This document shows, piece after piece, positions 54,537-64,000 of a DNA stretch of 64,000 nt. Source of the DNA: Prorocentrum cordatum (lineage: Eukaryota); NCBI GenBank assembly GCA_963575745.1, contig CAUYUJ010000292.1:1-64000 (forward strand), written 5' to 3'. A program made the position numbers and the translations under genes. Numbering within the stretch: the first letter of the stretch is position 1; each line of letters opens with the position of its first letter. The notes under the pieces are model-generated. The model had not been told where the DNA came from. It saw only the letters and a list, made by a program, of their open reading frames with translations, and made no database searches.

Positions 54537-54867
54537 TCAGGTCGGGCAGATCTGACGACCTACCACACCACCGCCGCAACCCAACCCGAAGACCCGAATT
54601 CCGGGTTGGGGGGGTACGGGTTCCATGTGTTTTTTTTCCATGTTCCCCGACCACCCCCCCCCACTGGAAATGGAGGGCAGATCGGGGCCTTCGGGTTGGG
54701 TTGGGGTGGGTTGGTGGGTGGTGACCTACAGGGGGATTTGGGACGAAAACTAAAACATACTCCAAAAATATTCAAAACATATTGAGAAATAGTCAAAAAA
54801 AATACCCCCACACTACTGCCTGACGATGCTTGAAGATTCCTCCTGTAGAGGGACATGCCCGACTTAA
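54537..54867. mobile_element. TTAAGTCGGG MITE with a nested ~160-bp TIR element
   Basis: 8-bp TSD GCGTACGG; inner CAACCCAACCCGAAG inverted repeats with GACCTAC duplicated. Confidence 0.85.
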
Positions 54868-55519
54868 GCGTACGGCAGGTTTGCGTCGTGTCGACCCTGG
54901 CGTTGGTTCCAGACACCGCGGGGATCGCTCAAACTTGAACGAACGGCCCTTTCAGAAAAGCTGGATCCTTCAAGGCTGGGCCGATTCTGCGCCAAAGGCG
55001 GCGATTCAACCTCGAGCGCCCGCGCTGGGGTCGCCGGCGGTCGACACGACGCGAACCTGCCGTGTGCTCAGGCTGCTTCTTGTCCTTCGAGCCCCGAGCG
55101 CGGGCCCGAGCCGGCCCCGGTGGTGGTGCACCTCTCGCGAGCGGGGACACGCGTCCACGTCCGCGGCCTCGCGGCCCAGACTGCCTGGGCCGCGGCCCCA
55201 GGAAGCTCGGCGGCGAGCGGGGGGGGGAAGCGAGACGGAGGAGGAGGAGGAGGAGGAGGAGGAGGAGGAGGAGGAGGAGGAGGAGGAGGAGGAGGAGGAG
55301 GAGGAGGAGGAGAGGGCCTGGGAGCCCCCTGGCCTTCTGCGGAGTGTCCCATGGCCCTGCCCGAAGGCACGGGAAGCCCAATGTCCGGAGGTGCGATAAG
55401 TGTCCCAGGCCCTCCACGAAGGCACGGGAAGCCCATTGTCCGGAGGCGCGAGGGCCTCTCCCCCCTTCGCTCGCCGCCGAGCAGCGGAGCGGCCTGGCGC
55501 AGGCGCACCGCGCGGAGCG

Positions 55520-55652
55520 CATCCATGGGATCGCGCAGCCATGGGATCGCGCCTCGGCAGTGAACCCATGGGAGCGCAGCCATGGGAATCCCAGGGGGGC
55601 AGCCATGGGAGCGCAGCCATGGGAGCGCAGCCATGGGATCGCGCAGCCATGC
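55520..55652. repeat. Short tandem repeat (GCGCAGCCATGGGA)
   Basis: Read directly. Confidence 0.8.
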
Positions 55653-55984
55653 CCTCGCGACTGGACCGCGAGGGCACGGAGCCAGAACTCCGACGCCGCG
55701 CTCTGGCCCAGGCGTGGACCCCAGACGTCTCGACTCCGTCCCCGGGCGATGCTGCTCCTCCCGAGTCCTCTGCGGACGGCCCCGAGCCTGGTGAGGTCCA
55801 CCCAGGGGCCAGAAGCTGCCAGAAACATGACGTCGTTACCGCTTCGCGACGCGAGGAGGTCCGGGGACATGGACGTGTTCGCCGCTCGTGATCACGACGG
55901 TGTGTCTGCCGTCTGCGGGCCCAGAGCCAAGCGAGGGGGAACGATAAGGGGGGACTGGCTCAGAGGTTGCCAGAGTCGCAGAGG

Positions 55985-56150
55985 ATATGGAACAAACGGG
56001 TACGATACCCAACAGTAAATGATGCCCAATACAGACAGCGACCGCTGTTGGGCAGGCGAGCTGTTGTCTCCCATGGACCACGCCCACGGCGACACAGACA
56101 GCGAGTCCTGCTTCAATATAGGCAAGAACTGCTGCTGGTGTTCGTCCCCT
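55985..56150. mobile_element. MITE-like element (ATGCCCAACA family), diverged
   Basis: Homology to ~43800-43980 (inverted) and 53733-53918. Confidence 0.6.
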
Positions 56151-56540
56151 TCTTTTCTGAACGCAGTTGAGGGCTACGAGACTTCTACATATACACTGCT
56201 CCCTGGCCACGCCCATCCTTGACAGCAGTGTATTCGCCACGCCCTCCTGGCTTATAGCCAGGAGGGCGTATACACAGCTGCTGGGTTCATAACGGGCCTG
56301 GCCAGGGAGCAGTGGGCATGTATAGATCTCGTTGCCCTACTATGTCGGCCGTACCGAAGGGGGGGGGGACGTCGACCTGGAACTGGCGATGCCTCCCCCG
56401 TGGCTCGGGGATGCCTCCTCGACTGCAGACGCGCCACGTTCCTGGGCGGGGTGGGGCGCCCGGGCCCCGGTCGGCGCGGAGTGAGTGGGCGTTTGTACGC
56501 CGACGTTCCCCCCCCCCCCCCTTGAGGGAACTAGAAGATA

Positions 56541-56716
56541 CGGTGGAGGCCCGACCACAAGAAACCTTCCACAAGAAACCCGACCCTGAGACCCCAGGAC
56601 GTCCATCGATGTTTGGTGTGGAAACGTCACGCCTTCCACGGCAAAGCCATCGAGACCCGAGAAACCCAGGGCGATCTGGAGGCAACAAGGGTGCTTCTTG
56701 GCATGGGCCCCCACTG
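56541..56716. mobile_element. 176-bp TA-flanked MITE
   Basis: TA|CGGTGGAGGCCC...GGGCCCCCACTG|TA. Confidence 0.85.
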
Positions 56717-57004
56717 TACCGACGCAGCAGCTCCCACGACCTGCCCCCGGGGGGCGTTCTGACTAGACTTTCGAGGCTAATCCAGCGGTGGCGACAAGGA
56801 CCTCCCGGGAGGCCCCAAAAAGACACCGTGTCCTCTGGACCCTGGGCCAACGATGTGCAGCCAACCACATATTCAGGGTGGCTCTTCTTCCATGGTCACG
56901 CATTGAGAGGTTGCAGCAAATTCAAATATTTTTGTGGCTGACGTCCCATAAAATGGTGTTCGGGTACGATGTCGGATTGCCAGGGCACAACCGTCATGTT
57001 GTTC

Positions 57005-57246
57005 CGCGGTGTTCAAGTTCCAGGCATGGTGCTCTGGCACGATTCGCCCAGACGCAACAACAACGGTAGTTCGCGGCGTTGAAATCACAGAAATGGCGTT
57101 CTGGCACAATTCAGGATTTTCAAACGGTTGTCTTCCAACGGGGCACTTCCCTCAGTGAACCTGAAAATTTATATGGGCCTATGAAGAGGGAACTTGGACG
57201 CGGGGTGATTGCAATACCGTTGATGCGTTTTGGGTTTGCACTGGTC
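57005..57246 (+). repeat. Second copy of the repeat ending in CACTGGT-(CCT)n
   Basis: Shares GGGCCTATGAAGAGGGA and GGGTTT.CACTGGT with 40350-40597. Confidence 0.75.
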
Positions 57247-59449
57247 CCCCCTCCTCCACCCCCCTCCTCCTCCTCCTCCTCCTCCTCCTCCTCCCCTCCT
57301 CCTCCCCTCCTCTCCTCCTCCTCCTCCTCCTCTCTCCTCCTCCTCCTCCTCCTCCTCCTCCTCCTCCTCCTCCTCCTCCTCCTCCTCCTCCTCCTCCTCC
57401 TCCTCCCTCCTCCTCTCCTCATCCTCCTCCTCCCTCCTCCCCTCCCTCCTCCTCCCTCCTCCCCTCCTCCTCCTCTTCCTCCTCCTCCTCCCTCTCCTCC
57501 GCTCCCTCCCCAAGGCATACGAGTGCCCTGCCACCCCAACGGGGCCAGTCCCGCCCTGTCGTTGCCGCTGGCCAAAGCCGAGGACGCAGCGGCGGCGCCG
57601 CTCAGCCCGCCGCGGAGTCCCGTCGAGGACAACGCCAACAGGGATCTCCCTCCGCGAGCGGCACAGGTCTCGCCGCCGTGGGTCCTCCGCCCCCCTCCTC
57701 CTCCTCCTCCTCCTCCTCCTCCTCCTCCTCCTCCTCATCCTGATCCTCCTCCTTCTCCTCCTCCTCCCTCTTCCTCAGCCGCGGGCCAGAGATGTATATG
57801 TGGGGGGGGCTGCGGCCCGAAAGAGGAGAGTCAGCGCGATGGGCTGGAAGTGTCGTCGGTGCCCGCGTTCACGGACTTGTGATTAGCACCGACTAGCGAC
57901 GAGCGTTGCATAGGGCAGTCTTCAGCAGACGACAATGGACCCACAGGGGAATTGACAAATCACGGGGAGGCGGAGGTGAACATGGCGCATCCCGATGTAC
58001 ATGCCCACGGAGACCGCCTACTAGATCGGTCCCGAGTTCTTGCGTGACCAAGCCTTGCGGTCGTGCACGTGTTACTGCTGTTCTTGCTGACCCCGTTCCA
58101 GGCCACAACTGCATTGCGATGTTCAAGCCCATGGACACCGTGCAGTGAAGATGGCAGCGTATCATGCTTGTTGTGCTGCACTGTGCTGTTGGTTTGTTGG
58201 CTGTTACATGGGTATGGTGGGCCATCCCGGCAACGTGGGTGGTTGGTAAACCTGGTTGGCCCGCTGGCTCTCGGGGACGTGGCGGTAGCCACAAAGGCCG
58301 CTGCACCATCTCAGCGATGGAGCGCGAAGCAGGATCCGCCCTGTTGTGCAATTGGCACAAGCCTAGCGCATACGTCGCGCCCACTTTCGCTCGGGCCCCG
58401 TTCACGAACGGCCCCTTGAGAAGCACATGGTAGTCCCATTGCAGTTTTTATGTTCGGCACACTGAGAACGATTGGGATCGTAGCGTCAAGATGGCAAGAA
58501 AACGGCAAACTAAAAAAAACTGTGCTGGCTTAAGCGCTGCAGCCGGCAACGTAGACCTAGGTGGAAGCAGTTGGACATCAACACGCAACGGAACCAGGGG
58601 GCAAGAAAAAAAGGCCCGCAAGGGCGTATGGTATGCGCTCACGTAATCGTGACGAAAGCGCAGGTGATTATTATATGCAAATGACAATTCCCAAGCTACA
58701 ACATGATATCCAACGTAGACCCCAAACAACAAGTTCTTGCATCATACGCGGTGCAACCCATGTGGCGCAGTCAACCTTGCAGAACTTGAAACCGTCAACT
58801 CCACTGCTCGCGAAATCATGCCACCATCCACCCGCAACTTGTTGTGCACATCACATGTGGCCGCGACTGCGGTGACTATTTGGCACCGGCTGGCGCATCT
58901 CTGCGGCTGCGCTAGCGCGCGTAAGCGCGCCCGCAGAGCGATCAGCTATTTTGGCACCACCGACACGGCCACGATGGCGCTTACCCGGCGCGCGGCACTT
59001 CAGTGCGGGTCGGTAACTCGGGTGGGCGCTGTACCATGATGACGCCGACAACGGCAGCAACAATGATGATAGTATCGGTGGTGGCAAGGCCTATGATGGC
59101 GCCGGTGGTGGTGACGACGATGACGATGATGTCCATACGTCGGTGATAAAGGTGGTGAACTGATGGTGGCGGCAATGGCGGCGATTAACGGTGATAATAA
59201 CGGCGGTGGTGCGGTGGCGCTGATGAAGGTGATGATGAGGAAGTGCGCGCGAGCGGAAATTTAAGAAAGCTGGCGAGTTGTTTGTTGATCCGAATGTTTT
59301 AGAAGAGCTCTTTCTTGGAATGTAAGTTGCAGCATACCAGAAGGGGCCAATAACCTGGGGGGAGGGTGGTGAGTGCATTGTTCTTCTGGTGAACCAATGT
59401 GGTACTATCTGAGTGGTGGAACCCATGTGGTGCAATCCATGGTGTGCAA

Positions 59450-59912
59450 AGCAATGCCAAGCAATGCAGAGCAATGCAAAGGAACGCAACGAAATGGCAA
59501 GCGATGCCAACCAAGCAAAGCAAGGCAAATTAAGGCAAATCAAGGCAAAGCAATGCAAAGAAGTACAAAGCAACAACGCAGTGCAACGCAATGCAAAACA
59601 ATGCCAAGCAATGCAAAGCAATGCCAAGCAATGCAAAGAGATGCAAAACCACGCAAAGCAAGCCAAAGCAATCCAAAGCAATGCAAAGACATGCCAAGGA
59701 ATGCACATCAATGCCGAGCAATGTCGAGCAACACAAAGCAACGCAACGAAACGCGACGCAGTGCAATGCACTGCGATGACAAAAGCAACACGAAGCGATG
59801 CGAGGCAATGCAATCGCAAAGCCATGCAGAGCTGTGCAGAGCAGTGCACAGTAGTGCAACGCCCTGCGATTGCAGTGCAAATGCAATGCGATTGCAACGA
59901 AATGCGATTGAA
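59450..59912. repeat. Degenerate pentamer repeat (GCAAT/GCAAA)
   Basis: Read directly. Confidence 0.85.
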
Positions 59913-60517
59913 GCGGTAGCCCTTCCCCTCCTCCTCCTCCTCCTCCTCCTCCTTCTCCTCCTCCTCATCCTCCTCCACCTCATCCTCCTCCTCCTCCTCG
60001 ATCCTCCTCCTCCTCCTCCTCCTCGATCCTTCTCCTCGATCCTCATCCTCCTCCTCCTCGCCATCCACCTTCGTCCTTCCCCCTCGCCTTCCCGCTCCGC
60101 ACCGCCGTGGTCGCCATCGCAGCGGCCCCCCACCGCCGGAGGCTGCGCGCGCTGCCCCTCTCAGTCCATGCGGCCCTTGAGCCTGGCGGCGCCGAGGGGG
60201 AGGGAGGGACACTGCGGAGGTGCGTGGGGTCGGAGGGGATGCAGCGACGGGCAGGAGAGCAGAAGGGCAGGCGGGCGGGAGGAGGAGGAGGAGGAGGAGC
60301 AGGAGGAACATGAAAGCGATTGTGTGTGTTGGGTCCTCCAGGGGCCATCTTGGGCCGTCCTGGGGGGTCGGCAGGGGCGCTGTATCGGCTCTGGCAGGGC
60401 AACGGCCCCGACGACAGGCCGGTATCTTCCTTCAAACTGGCGTTTGCTTTAACAACCAGTTTCGCAGAGTTCCGAATTCCGAGGAGGCAGAGGAGGACAA
60501 GAAGGAACAACAGGGTA

Positions 60518-60693
60518 CAGTGGAGGCCAATCTACATGGAACCTTCCACAAGAAACCCAACCCTGAGACCGCAGGATATCCAATGGGTTTTGGCGAGGGA
60601 GCGTCGCGCTCTCCATCGCAAAACCATCGAAGCCCAAGAAACCCAGGGCACCCTGGAGGCCAGCAGAGTGTTTCTTGGCATGGGCCTCCACCG
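60518..60693. mobile_element. 176-bp TA-flanked MITE
   Basis: TA|CAGTGGAGGCC...GGCCTCCACCG|TA. Confidence 0.85.
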
Positions 60694-61261
60694 TAAGCCC
60701 AAGCTGCGTCAGCGGTGTTGCGAATGCGTCAGACGTGTAAGACGAATGCGCGCGGTGCTACGGCAAGAGCCCCATGTCGTTAAAGAGGAACCGCCCTACA
60801 TCATTGAGACTGCTGCCACGGCTTGAGGCGGCTGCGCGCGGAGCCACAAAGGGAGCACGCTGTGGAAAAGGAACCGCCCTCCATCCTGGCAGTTGCTGCA
60901 GACGATGAAGATGAATGTACGCGGCACTGAGGCGAGGGCCCCAATTTGAACACGAGCAGCCCTCCATCCGTACAACTGTGGACAGATGGCAAGACGAATG
61001 TGCGCGGCGCTCAGGCCAGGAGGTCCATGCTTGTAAACGCTGCGAATGTTAAGCGTCGGGATGTCTCAGGTGAAACGCCCAGTCCGCCCTACCGAAACTT
61101 ACGAGGGTGCCACAGGAAAAGGCCAGATAATGAGAAGGCATGGAAGAGGAGGAGGAGGAGGAGGAGGAGGAGGAGGAGGAGGAGGAGGAGGAGGAGGTAG
61201 AGGAAGAGGAAGAGGAGGCGGATGCGGAGGCGGAGGCGGCGGAGGAGGCGGGGGAGAGGGT

Positions 61262-64000
61262 TTTGCTGCAAGAACGATGCCTGGCGGTCCCCGCCCCAGC
61301 TCGCCACATGTGAGACGGATGGGCGGGCACTCCACCTCGGGGTGCCATCCCGCCCCTTCCAGATCAGTCCATGAGGCGCCCCCAGAACGCTGCGCACTCC
61401 TCCTGTACCAGGGAGCGCGGCTCTGCCTCCAGGGAGACCTTCACTGCGTAAGGATTTTTGCCTCGGCGCAGGAGCGAGAGGCGGTACTCTGCGGTGGGGT
61501 TCGCAGGGGCCCCCACGCAGGCAGCCAAGAGCTTGCACCCCCTCTCGCTCGAGAACACACCGCACCGATCGCAGAATGTATACTGGCCCACGCGGTGCAA
61601 TTCGTGCCCCAAGGCCGCACCGCGGAGGGCGGGAGAGATGACGCCTTCCCCATCCCCCCGCCCCAACCCAACACCCCACCGACGATCCACCCTCATCTTG
61701 CCCTGGCAGGGCCTGCGCGCCAACGCGCGCCTGGTCTTGCTAGAGAAGGCCTTTCGCCCGCACGTCGAGCAACGCCACGCCCCCCTCCTCCAGAGGAGGA
61801 CGTGGGCGCGGGCCCCCTCGGGCGGCCCTTGCCGCCGTCGGCGGGCTCCGCTGGAGCCCGCGGCAGGCCTCCCCGTGGAATCCCCGAAGTCCGCCGTAAG
61901 CCCCGTCACCCCCGCCACCAGAGTCAACACCGCCTGGACCTCCGCAGAGCGGGTGGTCCAGGTCTGAGCCTTCCACGGGGGGACCTCCTGCATGTCGGCC
62001 CCAAGGCGGGCCTCACAGTCTGCCAACTGATTTCCTTGAAAATCGAGGAAGCTCTCGTGCGAGTCATCCTTTGGCCCGCTAGCATGGGTTTTTACCTTGA
62101 CGGCCTGGAAATCACCTTCCTGACTGAAGCTGTCCTGGATCTGGGCCCAGATTCTGCCCCAGAGGTCGGCGCGTGGCCTCCTAGGGCTGCAGCACCAGCT
62201 GGGACCTCTACGGAGGCCTCGAATGACTGAACTGTTGTCTATCCCTACCCTCAGAGGCGGGTGAGCGCTATTCAGCAGCTTGAGCAGTCCATACAGCTCA
62301 GCACGCAGGACGGAGGCTAGGCTACGCAGCCCTGGGAGGGCCCCCCGCATGGCCTTAACAGCCCCCCCGTCCTGGTCCAGGAATACGTAGCCCCAACCGA
62401 AACTCTTGAGCCCTGGTGGGCCTCTGGCCGATCCGTCGGAGTAGGCCCACCCTGAGACCAGCGGGGGATTGACAAAATCGGGGTTCTCCTCCTCCAGGGC
62501 AGAAATCCAATCAGACTGCGGGTCCTCCAGGGGGCGCTCGTGAAGCCCACGAAAGAAAAGGAGGGAGTCCGAGGTGGAGGATTCAGCACGATGCACGATC
62601 CCTTGGAGGCCCTCATCCTCGGCTACGGTGGCTCTCGCTGCTCCTCTATCGGGGCAACAAAGGAAACGATGGTGCTGGCATCCGACTTCAGCGCCGCAGG
62701 CTTGACAGGACCTGTCGTCCCCGAAACCCGCACGCCAGACCTTGTCCTGGGTCCAGAAGTCGCGGCCCATGTAGGCCAGGATAGCCGATCGCCTCTGCGG
62801 CGATCGGTTAGCCTTCCGTCGAAGGAGAGCCCTAATAGGCTCAAGGAAGGGACGGGTGATCCCGAGGTCCCTGGAAGCCGCCCAGGAGGTCATCACCGCA
62901 AATTCCAAACGGGACCAGATCAGCTTCTTAAGACACTGCGGTGCTGTCCTGCGCAACGCCCACTGCTGCCCGAGATGGTCGGAGAAAACATGATAGGCAG
63001 GCCACGTCCACGAGAGGAGTCTGAGTGTGGCCCAGACGGCTGAAGCGGGCCCTTTTATCTGCCTCCAGGGGTTGCTCCCAGGCTTGGCGGCAGCGGCCGC
63101 CGCGACAGCTCTGCGCCACCCCGCAGCCATGATCTCCTCATGGCTGCCAGCAAAGATAGCCTCCGCCCATTTGAGCAGTGGCTTCGTGCAGGCATCGACC
63201 AGGGGGTCGCAGCGCAGCGTCCACAGGCGGAGCAGTCGGTCCTTACCGATTGCGTTCCCGCCCAGCGCCGAGGCCATGAGCGCCCTTGCTCGGGTGAGCC
63301 GAGTCGGGTCCATTCCGAGGCAGACCGCCCCATACAGCACAGAAGGGGGAAATCCCATGCGCGCGACTTGAAAGGTGCGCGCGCCCTGCTTGCCTAGACT
63401 CGATAACTTACTTCTACGCCGCCTAGCGCTCCCCATTCTGGCATCGCCTCTGGCGCGCAGCGACACAACTCCTCCTCCCGCCGAGTCGGCTCCGAGCTGC
63501 GTGCTGCTGGTCTGGACCTCCAGTCCAAGGCTGCGGGCCCACCCTTTGATGCGGGCTCTCAAGGAGCGCTGCGCTGTCAGGATGAACCCCTTGCCCGTTG
63601 GCTTGTCTGGTCGGACCTGGAGACTGGGATCCCACGGGCCCCCATCACTTCTATATACTGAGTTGTGGCCGCATGCATCGAGGCCGAGACATCCGCCTCC
63701 GCACCTCGGGCCTGAATGCTTAAATCATCGACAAAAAGCTTCATCGGCAAGGCGGGGTACTCCTGCGCCAGCCCGTCTACGACTGACAAGATGGCTAGCT
63801 TGAGGCATCTCGTGCCCCCGCTGCTACCCGCAATGACTGCTGAGAATGTGGTGACCGAATGCACCGACACCACGCCGCGGAAAGAAACAAAGCGCCTGGC
63901 CGTGTATATCGAGATTAGAAGCTTCAAAAGTTACAACCGAAACTGGTGCTTGGGCGCCTCGGCCCAAAGCAAGTACATTGTGACATGCTCGAACGCCTTC
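61262..64000 (-). mobile_element. 3' part of a divergent RT + RNase H non-LTR retrotransposon (A3), continuing beyond the window
   Basis: KAFEHV, AVIAGS, LFVDDL; RNase H YSDGS, RAEL, GIDN, KTH, GNQLAD; two H..CxxC..C motifs; (CCT)n on its sense strand ~100 nt after the stop. Confidence 0.92.
61364..64000 (-). pseudogene. A3 ORF2 (RT, RNase H, zinc-finger-like tail) with a stop near 63932 and a frameshift near 63590
   Basis: ORFs 63577..63927 and 61364..63562 join into one collinear RT-RNase H polypeptide. Confidence 0.88.

Noticed and set aside
59091..60452. Gln/Ala/Cys-rich ORFs
   Set aside because: Pentamer repeat and CCT tract artefacts.

Overview
Eukaryotic, GC-rich, almost wholly repetitive DNA, very probably dinoflagellate: it carries several relics of the dinoflagellate spliced leader (DinoSL, DCCGTAGCCATTTTGGCTCAAG). 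No intact host gene, rRNA, tRNA or CRISPR array was recognised, and most long ORFs in the track are microsatellite artefacts. Main contents: (i) three RNase H-type non-LTR retrotransposons with C-terminal H-CxxC-C motifs (92-6770 near complete, ~40777-49020 a decayed relative, 61262-64000 a more divergent partial copy on the minus strand), each with (CCT)n at every end visible in the window, the first starting with a stack of SL relics; (ii) a decayed RTE-like LINE (~34000-36253, minus); (iii) a 2.76-kb unit bounded by ~37-bp inverted repeats (16224-18987) carrying two intronless orphan ORFs, each behind its own SL relic; (iv) many non-autonomous DNA elements: two foldback-like elements with 8-bp TSDs, MITE families with 8-bp, 5-bp and TA TSDs, a DINE-1/HINE-like element, and a family carrying telomere-like (GGGCTATA)n arrays; (v) long CCT, CAT, GAC and related simple repeats. 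All calls are by eye; no database searches were run.
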